A stretch of DNA of 64,000 nt from Catajapyx aquilonaris (lineage: Eukaryota). A program made the translations under genes and the position numbers. How positions within the stretch are numbered: position 1 is the first letter of the stretch; the number at the start of each line of letters is the position of its first letter. The notes beneath the pieces were generated by a model. The model did no database searches. It worked only from the letters and a program-made list of their open reading frames with translations, and had not been told where the DNA came from. Location: the NCBI GenBank assembly GCA_000934665.2, contig KZ537965.1, positions 124,001 through 188,000 of the forward strand, written 5' to 3'. Shown here one piece after another: positions 14,501 through 29,500 of the stretch.

Positions 14501-17500
14501 AAGCCTGATGCAAGACGTCAACTGACATAATGATGAATGGGAATAATCTAGAGGAGGCACAACTTGCAGGTAATTGAGAATTTCCTGTGTAATGCAGCAC
14601 TCTACTTATTTTGGGACTTCCATTGAGGTTGCTTAAGCTACATAGTAGTGTTCAAGGCAGCCAGTTTTGGACAAGAAAATAGTAACTTGCAAGGAGGAGA
14701 CTTCACGTGCGTGATATTTTCCGTCATGAAAAGTTGAGTAAGGTTATATCCCCTTAAAAGGTAGTGTCATACCGAGCTCTATAACGCGTGAAATTTAATT
14801 TTGCTTAGAGGCTCGCAACAAACTATTTACTTGCCCTTCTAAGTAGGCCTACAGCGTTTTACTCTTAACATCTTCAGAGCATGTATCTCTTAATTTTATT
14901 CAGCACATTCTAATAAAAGGTTATTCAAACAGAGCGACATAGACTGTTGAAACAGTTAATGATTCATTCAATATCTTTCTTTAAGAAGCAAAAAAAAAAT
15001 CCCAAACGGTTCCTTTTCAATGAGACTATTATTAGACAAGCACATACTTAGCCATGTACATAGAGTAACAGGAAGAGATCTCTTCTGATCCGCCTCCGGA
15101 TGTACAATCTCACTAATCTCATCATTTCTAAGAATAATGCAATTCGCTTAGATAATGCTAATTTCCTCTTGGCTACCTTAAAAAGTAGAAGTTATTTCCT
15201 CCAGTATCGCACTTCCTTCCCTAATGACATTAAAGGGGGGAGTAGAAAAGGGCAATCACTATAGGATTTTGCCGTGGAGCTTAGAAGCTAATTAGAAATT
15301 GGGGGACTTTCAAGACTTCTTTTTTTAGAAACCTCGTACATCCAAATCTTCTTTGTTAGAAAAAAAGAGAAGTTTTTGCATCTTCTCTCCCCCTTCTACT
15401 TAGGGTTGAAAAAAAATAGAAACGTGACATTGGTGTTATAGTCCGAATGGTGACTTCATCAAGACTTTTGGAAGGGGTTTTGATCTCTTTGCCCTCTTTA
15501 CCCTCTCTTTGCCCCAGCACAGCGGCGTGATTTCACAAGATGAGCTTGAAGATGGGGTGTCAGCGAGATTATCACGAAGGGAAGCTGCTGGCTCACCTTT
15601 AGCATGATGATGAGGGTTTTCTCTTGCAAGGGGAAAGACATGCATGCAGCACCAGGCTTCTTGTCAGAAAAGCACTGTGACCGTTAGATTAGCTGGGGGA
15701 GGTTTAATCCAATGCTTTTGGGTATGTGGATTTTATTCCGTACTTGGCACGTAATGGGAATCTCCATAATTGCTGGTTAATCAGAGTTGGCAAGGGGGGT
15801 TATTTTTCCTTGTCAGCCTGGGCTTCTTTTTTTTCAAAGGATAATGAATCAGCTCTCGGAATAGATTTTTGCCTGTGGCGCTTGCGTTTTTTTAGAAGAA
15901 GAAAAAAAAGTGGTTGGATCTTTTAGCCGAAAAATACGGGAGCCTTACCACCCTAAAACGGGTCGTAAATTTCTTGATTGAAATTTGGAGCCATTATTGG
16001 AGCTCAAGAGCTGCTATAATATTAGGCAACTCGTATTATATCTCCCTGCGTTGTGTCGACCCCAAAAGCGTTCATCTCCAGCAGACACAATCACTGACAA
16101 AAATGAAAATTTTGAGAGGGGGGGGGGGGGCAAAATGTATATTTTTAGAGCCCATCACTCGCAGACTTGAATGACTTAATTAAAAAAATTACTGATTGCA
16201 AATATCCTGGCAGGTGTCTGCTTCCAAAGTGCATTCACCTTTATGTCAAAACGTGCGTAAAAATATGTTTTCCAAAAATTATGTCCTGGCTGCGTCGGAT
16301 CCGCAACATGCCAAACGCAATCCTTCAGTCCTCCCCCTGATGACAAATGGGGAGCCCATCGTCATGTGAATGTTGTCGCCCTTGGTGTTATTGCGTTGCC
16401 ATTCGACGATGTCAGCTGTGGTTTTGTACGGTTCAGTTGGCAAAATATATTTCAAAGCCAGTTGTTGAATTTTTTATGCGTTTCGCCGCGGTATGGACGC
16501 AGCAGTAGGGACGCGCACACACACATGAGGATATCGATTCTGCAATATTTCAACAATCTGAAAAAGCGTCCGTGCCTGACAATTAAAATTAGTTCGACCG
16601 GGCACGTGTGACATTGATAGGCCTGATAGGCTGCTGTCGACCCTAGTGTGAATTCCAATCATCCGACATAAATCATAGGCTATGGCTGTAGTTTCACCTT
16701 ACTCAATCGCTACTAACAAGATCACGATTTTAAAACATCACTAATTAAACTTTTCCCATCAAAAAAAAGCTGTCTATATGGACAAGTATCAGAGCCGAAA
16801 TCGCAAGAGATAGCGACAAACGGTTTTCGGATTCAGATTCATCATGACCAAAGTAGCTTCCATGGCCAACTTCCGGTTTTCGGAGGTCCACTCTATCCGC
16901 CAAGGTCAAGTTACAGGCAGGTATGTCCTTGCCTTCCTTTGGCAACGAGAAATGAGACTGACAACATTCGACGTCATTGTTGTCCAATTTGAATTTCCTT
17001 GGCAGTGAGAAAAAGTCTACTCGAATCACTCTCGCGCGATATTCCAATCTTCTTTTTTTTTTTTGAGAAATGTTGAAACACTTTAGAAAGACACCGAGCC
17101 TTGCGTCAACAGGAGTTAGTCGCACCTTTCAGGCACATCCCCGCAGCGACAAACGTCTCTTGAAAAGGTGGCTAATTATTCGGAATCGCTTGGCGTCTCG
17201 CCCAGTTTGATAATAAAAAAACACACGCGACGCTTGTGAACAACGCAGGCGTCGCTTTTATCTGCGGTTGTCACTAAATAACCCTCACTTTTAGACCCCT
17301 TGTTTCCAGAGAGAGAGAAGGGCCTTTGCCAATGTTGCTAAGGTTACCACGACCCTTTTGTTGCGTGTAATTTCCTGCGGTAAGAAAAGGGGTGGGCTTG
17401 GGGGCGCGCTATTTTAATGCTGGGAGATAATTTTCGCTATCGTTTGCGAAAAAGCAAGAGAGGGGGGAACTGCCGCTAGTAAATTTGCTAAAGGGTTAAA

Positions 17501-20500
17501 ACCCCTCCTTTTGCAACCTCCATTTTGTGGGGGGGCCAAAATAAATAAAAAAATATGTATAAGAGAGCTTGGAGGGGGGAGATCCAACAGATGGCCGAGT
17601 TTCTTGGGCCGATCAAGAACAAAGGCAAGAACGTCCCTTTGCTGTAGAACTCGTGGCTTTCGTGTTCTACCCGGAAGCTGAAGGAATTTGAAGGTATAGC
17701 CCTCGGTTGGTCCTTGGAGACCCGGATTTCTCGGATTCCTCAAGATCCGGAGGGGGATGAGAAATTCAGAGAGAGGCCGCGAATTGCAGCGGTTATGTCC
17801 ATTTTTGTGCCATGAACGTTATTTTTGTTAAATAGGTGCTGTTTCTGAATCGCAAGCCTTGATTTTTCAATTTGTGAGAGTGTGCAGCGCGAAAATTTCA
17901 GGCGATCATCAATCACGGTTAAGGAAAGGTTTGGACGACAGGAATTATATTCCAAACCGGTTGCGGGCAGGTAAAAAAAAAAGAGACGTTTGATTTGAAA
18001 TAACAGCCGGTGTTATAGGATCTGTTGCGACACTTTCGGCTGAACATGCAGTAGAAAATTGTAATTCTGTCCGGTTGTAATGGATATATTGGGACGTTAT
18101 ATCTGTCACCAGGCTGGATACCCAGCAGGCGAAATATTTTTACAGCCATGGGAGCTGTATGAAAACAATCTGCAAATGCAGCATATTGCGGGCCATTTCA
18201 TATATGCTGAGTTTTTTTTCCGCGTAGCAATTGTATTTGTAAATTAGAAATAATTTCTAGTGTCCGACAGGTTAGGTCAAGCCTGAATATTACAAGCGAC
18301 AACGTTTGGGTGAGGGGGTCATGTAGATTAGCCGGTTATTACATTCCGTGAGTGAAATCATGTTATTTTCCCCCCGTGTTTTTCCATCTTCATAAGCAGC
18401 TCACCCGTGAAACTAGCTGTTAGCGATTCAGTGTGATTTTCCATATCGGCCCGGGCGTATAGTGGCGTTAGGAAATCCCATAATCTCTGTTTATCTCTGC
18501 ACGCCTCTCTCTTTTTTTCCCCCGAGCCGGATATTGAATGAAACAATAATGCATTGTGTACGTGATGATTCCTGTCAAGCGAGCAGTACAAAATACCTTC
18601 CCTCCCCGAAAAATGTGCAACACTTTCATTTGTGGAAATGCTGCGAAAATCCTGTCATGTCCGATCGATTGCAAACCTCCCACTGAAAATTTGCACCATG
18701 TGGAATTGTCCGAATGTACCCAGTACACTAATTAATAAGTATCACACTTTGTTTTCCATGGAGTTGTTATGAAAAATATGAGGCGACACTATTGCGAATT
18801 CCAAACGAGTAGAGAAAGCTTGAGTGCTTTCTTTTGGACGGGGATTGGTCCACCTGACATTTTGACATGCACACGACATCGTCTTGTGCCATATTTCCTT
18901 GTCACGACTTGAGACGGAAGCTTCATCATTGGTCCTGACCTGTAAAAGTCACCGGCTCCAAGTGAGACCTTATTACCTCTCAGCACGATCTGTATACAAC
19001 CAGAGTTTTCTGCGAATTCCTTTGTGACATGACCCGATTTTTTTTTTTTTTTGGTTGGTAAGGTAGGTAGCGACAGTGGTTGTGCAATTTTTTATGGGAA
19101 GGGGGGAAAAACCCAAACAAAAACAAGCGCAAAGATTAATGTTTAATCAAAGCCTGCGTGCTGAGCTTTTGGAGCGTTGAAACAAAACGGGATGGCAGGC
19201 AGCTTTATTTGCAAATGTTTAAGCTTCGTGCCAAATATTACTGTTATTGCAAGTCAATTTGTAACATCAATACACACGGGGAATTAATGCAGTAATTGAG
19301 GGGAGCGGCGGCTGCATTGGAACTACTAATACATGTGTTGCCATTAGTGGCTGCGTCCCGCGTGATTTTTTTTTTATTTTTTTTGCAACAAATTTTCCAA
19401 AACCGTGCTCCCCAGCGGCGTACATATTCAACTTTGCAACTATGCCAAGATTGGTCCTGTAGGCTGCAATTAATACACAGGGTGAGGCAACATGGGAAGC
19501 CCACACTCATGTGTGGATAAATGCATGCGGTGTAGCTAATATTTGAAAATTAAATAAAACATGGCTTCTATGCTGCATATTTCAGGCCTCTATGTTGATC
19601 TGTCATCACTGTGTGTTTATCCCATAATGTAAATTACTATTTTGAAGAGGAAAACTTTGGACGTATGTCCCTATATTTTTTCCGTAATTTTTTAAAAAAA
19701 TGTTTGCTCCAAGTAAATAACGCCTTTTAATCTATTATTAGTTACTAGTTAATGCGCGTTTATTTATTCATTATTATTAGTTTATTACCTTATGAACTAT
19801 TAGTTGGCTAATTTATTATATATTACTGTTTGCATTGACCACTCTGCGGGCGTTTTGTGGTCTACCTCGCTCAATCAGCGCATGCACATGGTTGTACAGT
19901 GCCCAAGTACACAATCCATGGAGATTATGGATTGTTTATCCCAGCAACCACCCGCGGTTATATATTTTTTTTTGCAACTTCTCGCTTATCTTCTAATTGT
20001 TCGGTACACATTCTGTAATCGCAGCCACTGTTGCTTCTGTATATGTTTGATCAGTAAATGACAATCCAGTGTAATGATAAGGAAGTAGACAAACAGCTAA
20101 TAACATGCCACTAATATTTTAAAAAATATGACATTATTTCAAAAGCAATGGTCCAATGTGTCTTCATTCTGCCTACGTGTTACTTGGACTCTTCGCCAAA
20201 ACAAGGCAAAAAAAAACATTCTCGTTCTTATGATGGATTACACCGTAAATGTTGGGTAAATTTGTTTTAAAACTATCCCCGGCCGCCGACCTACTTATTT
20301 ACATGCAAATTACAAAAGAAAATTGTTTTTCCCGAGCCGTGCCAGATTTGTGCTTATCGCCTGGATGCTTCCCAAGGGAATTCCGTTGGGGTGGGGACCC
20401 TACAGGGGACTAGGTGCCCACAAAAAATATATAGTCCTCGAATTTTCTGTATGAATTTTTTAAAAAACGCATGGCAGTGCACCTTAGTGTCCAACCTGCT

Positions 20501-23500
20501 GGTATTGGTTAGGTTTCCTGGTGGCTGCACGAGCCATAATTCCATCTGAAGAAAAGAGCCCACCCCTACAGAAGACGAAGAAAAAAGGGAACCACCCCCA
20601 CCCACCTCCACTGCATTAAGTCACTTCCCAGCGTCACTTTTATGATGCTTGGTGGCGCTATCAAAAACTTCCGAAACTCTTTTTCCAAGTTTTAAAGAGG
20701 TAATTACGAGATCCGGTGAGATTTCGAAAGGAAAGGGGGGCAGACGGATGGAAGTTACCAACCTTCAAAAGGAAAATTGGCAGGTTGCACAACCCAAGCT
20801 GAGAAAACCCGCACGAATATGAAGAGAACCTATCGCATTTTTTCGGGGGATTTGAAACCTGATTTTTTTTGGCAGCCTCATTACATTGCCAATCACAAAC
20901 ATGAATTTGCGGTTCAATCGAGCAACACCGCTTGCTTGTTTAAAGGTGGGAAATCGCGAATTTAAACCCCGCAGAGACCCCCCAACCTGCTGGCACAACA
21001 CTTTTAGTTTACATGCGGGGACGCGTGAAAATTTTTGTAGCTCCCGCTTGTTATGCACAGCCGAGTCTCAGGGCACGTGAGCACTATTTTAATATTCTAG
21101 TGCAAATCTGTCAGTTTTTGAAAAAAAAAAATCCCCTGGACCTGCTTGGAACTATACAAAACTGCTGGCTGCAAAAATTCCGCGTTTATGTCAGACGCAT
21201 ATCACCGCAGGTGGCGCTTTTCGCCTGCAAGCCATTCCTGGAGGGCACAACGTGACTGGAACACTTGTCACCGCAACATATCTAGCTCCGCCATGCTGTA
21301 TAGGCCGCACCTAATAATATAAAACCCACGCAGAATGCTTGCTTAAGAAAACCCATCCTCATCATTAGCAAAAACCCTTTGTGAATTAGTAAAATTGGGC
21401 GACAAAAACCCTCCAAGTCTACCCAAACACAACCGGAGTACGACGCATAAAAACGTACTGCATATACAGTGCACAGTGCGACAACAAGATTAAAGTATGA
21501 ATAATTAACTTGTGCATGTACATGTACAGGCTGATCCGGAACAACTCATTGAATTACTCGATGACACTGTACGTCTCAGCTAACAATCCCTTTTTGAAAA
21601 CCACTGCTTCCAATGAAATTTCTGCTGCTGATGGATACCTGACCCAGTTAATCAAGCTAACAAGCGCGACTGATAGGCTATCAAGTGGGCTACAAAATTG
21701 CATTGGGGTGACCGACATTTCTCCATGTTCCTGCAGATGGTGATTAGAGATTCGGTGATGGTCCGGGGAAGCTGTGTCTCATCGGATCAATAAGGAAACC
21801 ATCCTTCTCCCGCAGCTCAACCATCTTTAAGCGCCACCATGATCGTCCAAGACCAGCCCTTTCCCTCCGTATAATCCGGCCTGGAATTTCCAATGCAGAC
21901 CTCCGTACTTACACACTGCGTGTAGATAATTTAGGTAAAGCCAAGCCCTAAAGTGGCCCCGTTGCTCTTTGAACTCGGGCCTAAAGTGACGCGGAGCGGG
22001 ATTAGGGCTTCCAGAGTTCCTCCAGTCCGTCGTGTGTAAAAAGTTTCAGAGTTTTTTTCGTTTTTTTTAGAGCAATCCCAGCACAGGACTCGAATTGCAC
22101 TCGAGGGATGGGTACACCGGAGCAAGGATTTATGCAGCGCAAAGTGTGCGCACAAAACTCTTGATTCCTTTTGACTAGGAGCAATAAAGAATAGCCTAAT
22201 ATGCATGCGGTGTCTCGATCTTCGCGTGATGGACCGCACTCCTAGCGACAGTTAGAGCTTTTTTGACTCTACAATTTTTTTTATAAAAAAAAGCAGTGCT
22301 CTCATGACGACCGTCTTGGAAACTGCAGCGGTTAAACTGCCAAGTTCTGGCAGGTACAGATTTGTTGTTGTCTCCCTCCCCAAAAAAATTGCGATTGTTT
22401 GGTTACAATCTGAGGATAAGGACCACACTTTGCCTGGAGTGTCCGTTGATTACACGCCTGTTGACTCTGATTGCTCGTGTGCATTCTCTGCAGCCGCTGC
22501 ACTTTGGCACCTCCACTCTCTGCTGCTTTTCGCGCCCTGCTGGAAAGGGATGATAATCAGATCCAGTCTCATTTCTTCCATCGCAGTTGACTTTTTCCTG
22601 CCTGATTGCCGAAATAAAACTGGGGGAGGGGGGGAAGGCGGGGGAGTTGGGGAGGGCTTCATTTCCGATTCGCTAGTTGAGAAAGTTGGGGGAGGACTGG
22701 CTCGCAATCAATTGGATCAATTCGAGATATGCAGAGGGGGGGCGGGAGGTACAATTACCATAGAATTAACGAGTTTGCGGAAAAGTCTGGACACAAAAAC
22801 TGTGCCAAAATAAACCTGTTAGCGCGAACTCTCGACGTGGACCTCACGTCAACAGNCCCCCCCCCCCCCCCCCCGCCAGCAGTATGCGTTGACAAAAATG
22901 GGGCTATTTCCCAGAAAGTCAGATCAATAAGAGCTTATTTCTCTTTCTCTCTCTCTCAAATCTAGCTTCTTTTCTGGCGTCCCTTTCCAAGCAGAGAGGC
23001 AAAAATGGTAAATTGAGACGTTTTGAAGTTGAATGGCAACCTACTCGTGTTTAAGCAGAAACATCATCTGTCTTTGCAAAAACGGGAGGGTTCCAGAAAT
23101 TCTGGGACAACACACTTAACTGGTGGGTTTAGGGGAAAATGTGCAGCATATTTATTTCCATAGTAATGTTGCAGGTCTCTGACATTTCTAAAGATGGTTT
23201 TAGAAGAATAGGGTAAAAAGTGGCGTCAGTCTGGTTTTCTTGCGAGGAAATTGCAGAAGATGAGTGTGTATCGCCTGGTCCTGGCAGCTTGGTCCTGACT
23301 TGGATCTGGTTAGACTGATATTGTCCTCCCAATAAGAGGGAAGATTCCATCCCGACCGAGGATCGCCTAGGCCAATTTGCGGTTTAAAAATGTGCTCTCA
23401 GTTCAAAGGCATGTGCTTGATGGGATTTTTGAGGGCTGCCGAAGGGCCTTTCAGCTCCAGATCGCTGCAGGTTTCCAATATACCGTGAGCCAGGGAATGC

Positions 23501-26500
23501 CTGCCTTGGGCTGCTACGTCGTCCATTATCTATCGGGCTCGGTAATCGCCGTGTTAAAGCATGACCACCTGCATGTGGCGCCTACAGGTGGGATGCTCCG
23601 GCACTTCTCGTGACTGTGGCGCCCCTTAGGTGGGACGCGATGACACTAATAAATTGCGACGTGGTATATAGTTTTCGGGAGGGATGGGGGGGAAGAAATT
23701 TATGAAGAAGTGGCAAGTGGGAATCCGCAGCGCAATCCATTATCACCCAATTTGAGTCGGTGTGCAAGATGAGCGTAACCCTGCCCGTTTATGACTCCCT
23801 GCTCTCCCTACATCGTTAGCCAGGACCAATCATCAGGATTCTCTGCTGTCGCCCGGGGAGCCCTCCTTCAACAGGGAGTAATTTGAAGAGAGGGAGGGGT
23901 GGCACCCGCCTTCCCCCTCCTTTCCCTCCCCAAATTCGAATAATTCCTTTTCCGGAGCTTTGGGGCATAGGGAGGGGCCCAGATGACGAACCTCCTCCAT
24001 GCACGTCGTCCCATTATCTCATTAGGCTGCCACCGAGCTAACAGGGCGCCTGCGAGAAACCGGCTGAAGGAGGAGGAAAAATGAAGGAAGCAAAAAAGTA
24101 GACGAAGAAGAAGAAAGAAAGAAAAAAAAGTAGGAATTAGCTGGAGATCCCTTGAGATCTTTCTCTCTTGCTTGCTTTCTCCCGCAGTTTCCAATCTTGT
24201 TTAGTCAGCATGCGGCCTGGCTCATTATGCTGACTTATTTTCTTCGCCCACTTTTCTTAGGATACTTTTTTTTCCCCCCGGTAGGTGTTTTCGCAGAGCT
24301 GGGTTTTTATGCCTGGTTTCATACCTCGTCCGGTTTCAGTCCCGCTTGAATTATTCATGCGGAGGATTTGTACTTTGTTGCCATCCCAAAGCTGTAGATA
24401 TAGGGGGAAACCTGCATTGCAAAAAATTATTGCATGATCATTGATTCCTCATTGGCACCTTGGGCGGGGAAAGTGTATAGCTGTACAGCCTGCTACATGT
24501 AACAGTGGCCTGGACGCCCAATAACACTCGGAATGTACACTTGTACAAACCTGCTGTAATTGCCAATTCAGTCCGAAAATTGGGTATTAAAAATGACAAA
24601 TTTTCTGCAGCCCACACAGGCCCAGAACATCCGCATGTGACAAAATGGCATCATCGGGTGCAGTTTTTCGCTCCAGAAGCTCAGAAAACGGCTGTCACGT
24701 GGTTCACTAAAACTTAGTAGACGCCAGTAAACGTGTCTGATGTTGGTGGGGGGGTCCAGGGTGGCAAGGCTTGTTCGACCTCATTTGGACAGAGCTGCTC
24801 CAGCTATATACCCATGATCCTGAGGACGGAGGGTGCAATGAAATTCCCCACCTACTGTAGTCCTGGAACTGAAAATCAATGTCGTCTCGTGTTGCTGGAA
24901 GTGCAATAATTGTGAGCTAAGAGAAACCGGGAGGGTTTCAGAATTAGGAGAGTGCAACCTGCTCCATTTTGAATGCAACGTGTGTAACCCAATATTTTTA
25001 TAAAAAGCGGCAGTCATATTTTTACGGCCGTAAAAACGGACTTGTATGATTTAGTGCAGTGTTTTTCTTCGGTGGGGAATGTACGGTGTATATCTGGAGG
25101 CCCCCGCGAGGCAGAAATGGCTGTCTTGGCAGTTCCTCACTTTCTGACAAGTGCGCGGAAGAGACGCAGCAAAATCGAGTAGAAGATGGCACTAGAGCCT
25201 CGCCTACATCATTTTGCAGCGGAGATCGTGGGATGGAACGGGGAATCAAACTATTGGCCGGAATCAGGAAATCATCTCTCCCTAGAGAAATAAGTTTTCA
25301 TGGAATGTCAGGAATTGGGGGGGAGGAGAGATGCTTTTTCCAGAGTCGAATGACTGATGGCGTAGAAAGTCTGGCTTTGAAAGTATTTGCATGTTTTCTT
25401 CTTTCACCGCAGCCTCAGACGACTTTTCAGTGAACCCTGCCAGAAAAGAGTGCTCGGATATTTTTCAGGTGCTATACATGCGATCCTGGTGTCAACAACC
25501 ATTTAAATGACGGGGTCCTAGCGAAGCAAATGATTAAGTCTAATTTCAATTATATGCCAAAGTTTCAAGTGCTAATTATCTCATTTCAACACCCTCCCTT
25601 CTCTTCACTGTCGGTTTCTAATCGTTTTAAGCCGTCATCAACTTTAGTTTGTAAGTCCCTTTTGGAAAGGGGAGGTTCATTTTTGCGATCCATATTATTC
25701 TCCGGCACTTAATAGGCCTTTTGCCAGTGAATGACAACTTTGCGAGAAATTAGCGGCGCATCTCTGATTTCCAGGGTTCAAAGTCGGTAATTAGCATTTT
25801 GATGGTGATCGGGATTCGTTAGAGGGTTATTGTTCGGCATCATACCGTCATAAGTGCGATGCTGTGGGGAAACTGATGGCTGGATGTGTGGGCTCTCTTG
25901 TTACGCTACTTTGCATTATCACAGAGTTGTCACTGGTGCGACAATGTATCGGCTCGTAATCAGTGTTGAAATAAAAATAGCGGGATATCCAGCATTTTCA
26001 AAATATTTGCTTTTCCAGTGAGGTGGACTAATCCCGAGGATTATGTGTGAACAGTTATTGCCCCGGGGTCTGATTTTCGTAATTGGGCTTTACTCCGTTG
26101 TATGACGACTTCATTTTATTAGCGGCAGTAAAATTTTACAACGGCCCATCTTAGAAGGGTCTGGTTTTATATCTGGCAATCCAATAAAGTTAAGAAATAT
26201 TGTCGTTCTGTTCGGGAAACCACAAAACTACAGCCTCGTAGTCTGGCTGGGTTAAAATTAGTGCGATGGGGCACATATCTTGAAGCATTATCGAAATTGA
26301 GCTATTTAGTCGAGTCCTGATTGCATTTCAAACCGTGAAACCTAAATTAGAAGCGTTAATAATCATTGCGTAATTGACAGTCCAGTTCTCATCGATGTAC
26401 TGCAAACCACACATGCACTGTACGCGGTGCATTAGTTGCTTTTCATACGCAATGCAGCGGTGCGTGTTTCTCCCTTCAGCCCACGTCCTACTTTGCTTTT

Positions 26501-29500
26501 GAAACCCCCCCGCATTACTCATTTGAAACAGTATTGCAAAAATATAAAAAAATTTGCAAGCCCCCCAGCCATCGACCTCACCATCGGGCCGGGGATTCAA
26601 ATCTGCATACTTTACTGGCAAAAATCAAAACTGTGCGCTACCTTTGATTACAGTTCATCGTCCTCTCTCTTCTGCAAGCACAAAAAAATGTAAAAAGAAT
26701 GATTCCTCTTGTTTTATCAATGTGTTAGGCAGAAGTCTGGTGGAAAAGCTTTTGGTCTCCACCTGTAGCTGTGGCGGTTGGTAAGCGCGGGTTGAATCGA
26801 TAGTCACAGCTTCCTCAGCCTTCCGTTCGAGGGCACAGCAGATCAGACGCCTTTGGGTTACAATGGGGCCCTTTATTTCATCGCCAACCAATTCAGAGGG
26901 AACCCCCTTCCCTGCAAAATTCAGCCCCTGGAAAAGCCTGGAAGGGTAAGGTGGGGGTAGGGGGGAAGGGACTTTGCATACAGCCCCATTGTTTCCGGCA
27001 TTCACACTACTGTGATTCTTAACTGTTTATGAATTGCAGCATAATGAGCTTGAGAAAGACGGCTTCCAAGGCATTGTGAATTGGAAGCTTACTTCAGCGT
27101 CTTTTGAAACCTGGTAAAATGGGGGCTGTGGCATGGCTGGTTGCTGACAATGAAAATCGCATTTTCAGGAGGCAAGGCGGACCTTGTAGTAAACAATGTG
27201 TGTGGAGCACCATACAAAATATCTTGGGAAGTCACCGTTGCTATAAGACGCCGCTATGGTCAATACCCATGCACGCCGACACTGCCATTATTTAACGGGC
27301 GGTTAGTCGGACGTCCGCGTCAGTAAATTAGCAAATTGCAGGTTGATTGGCACCTGCGGCACGGGCAACAATGGGCAGCGGCCATAACAAGCCGGTTTCC
27401 GACATGCCCACCTGTGAATATTTCAGGTGCTTTGCTGTTTGATATCCGGCCATGAAGGGGCGGGACCGGTTGAACGGTAATCAGAACTTATGTCTCTGTT
27501 ATGCTTTGAGGTCGATGGCTTTAGGGCTGGTGATATACACTGCGCAAAAATTCTGAGATTATCAATACTGGAGCAGATGGCATAGTTAGTCACCTAAAAA
27601 AAAAGTGTGACAATCAGCGTCGCTATACCCTCCAAGCCATAATCAGCTCTTTTTTTCCGGGATGCCCTGTTCACACTCGAAGCATCGCCTCCGGGGCGAC
27701 ATATTCGCTTTTCCGTGGGTCCTCGGCTCTGCACAATGAATATTCAGGCTCATAGCCTGCTGGCCCATTTCCGTCCAACACTCCCTCCCTTCAGTCCTTG
27801 TGCATATGATCCCACGGGTACCCTTGGCATTGTCCTGGGAGATCCAGTCACCAGAGATGCTTTTGTCACGTGTCACTCATGCAATTTGTCCCATGGCCTG
27901 ATGGCGTTAAGCCGCGCATTTTTACAACCCCCTTTCTTTGGCACATCTTATCGTCATTCGCAATAAGGGAAAATTTCGGCACACAATGCACGTAATGCAA
28001 GGGCGCCACAATAATGTTCCCACTTCAAGAGTGCGGGCCGTTTTGAACCGTAGTTATTACAACCAAGCAGACGTTAATGTTTACACTGAGAATAGGAGGC
28101 AAACGGGGGTTCCCCTTCCCCCGTTTGCTCAGATGAAATGGGCCTTTTCCCAGCAGGCTCCGAGGGTTTGGACCAGAGTTGTGTGTCCCCAGTTGGTGTG
28201 TGCAGTCAGACCAGTGGACCGGTTTTCTCCGCCATTACTGCAGCCTTCTACCCTTGTGTTGTAGACATTTCACGCTCAGGCCTTGGAAAAGCAGCTTCCT
28301 CCAAAAACGTGATCTTCTTCCCAAAACTGCCTCCTTTCCAACCAGGTTGGATGATTCGGATGCTGCCGAAGGATAGGGTGGTCCATTCATTTCGGCAGCT
28401 TCGGAGTCACAATTAGGCCCCAACTGCAAGGGCCCTTTAAAGACAAACCCTTCCCTTCTGCGTTTTACTAGAACCTCAGACTGGTTCTCATTTGGGATGC
28501 CATGTGGGATGGTTCTTGCGCTTCTAAAACCCAGAGGTTTTAACTCGCCCATTAGCTTGCGCGCTTTCACATTCACTTGCGCTCCCGTTTAAAGCCTGTC
28601 GTCAAATTGGTTTACGGGTATTCGTGTCATTCATGTCACCATATTTCTTGTCGTTTTGTCTCTGCGCTGACGTTTATTTCTTTCCCAGGCGAGAGTTACT
28701 TTCATCTCAAACGCGGTTCGGTTCCGCTTGCAAATATGCCCTGCATAACGTTAAAAAAGTATGGGACAAACTTAATCACGATCAATGATTTTCTTTAAAT
28801 TTCTTGCTCGAGATTCAAAATTTTTGCCAATTTGGAACCGCCCACTGCGTTTTCCCCGGACATAAAAGGCAGGGTGTGTCACTGCCACATATCTACCAGG
28901 TGGATCGACATATCAAGAGAAGAGCGTGCCTCGTTCATTAGTTTTCCTTGGAGCCTGGGCATCCATTACCACGCATTAACTACCTAAGCGCGCCCGTCAC
29001 TCGGCCAAGGAACCTCTTTCCACCTAAATGTAAGTAAAACAAGGCCGCATAGAGTTGGGCGTGGATAGAAAAAAAAATCTTCATTTCAAAAGGCAGCTCG
29101 GCCAGCAACCCCACCCATCCCTGTAACGAAATGCTCACGCAAAGAAAACAAAGCCAAAAAAATCCCAGGAACTGGATTCACAAACTATATTAGCATAGCT
29201 TTTTTTAGTGTATTTACACGCCTGAAGCAATGGTTCATATGACCAGAATTGCACTAAAAATTGTAATGTGTCATATGCATTTAACAAGTGCTGCTCCCTA
29301 TCTCAACAGGTTGAGCTTGAAACCAATCGTTGATACAAATCTGGATTGATTTCCAACTCCTCGATGATCCTTTTTTTTCAGGCTGGATACTGTTTATATC
29401 CCGTGGGACTGTAGGGGGGGGGGAGAGTGAGGTTAAACGCTGGGCATCCCTGCAGGAGATGAAGTGCAGCTTCATCTCTCTGGCGAGGGATCCCTCGTGT

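Noticed and set aside
16745..17000. Transib/Chapaev-like sub-terminal words (TTCGGATTCAG, ACTTCCGGT); similar hints near 43590-43660 and 50390-50460
   Set aside because: No termini, target duplication or coding remnant could be defined; too weak to call.
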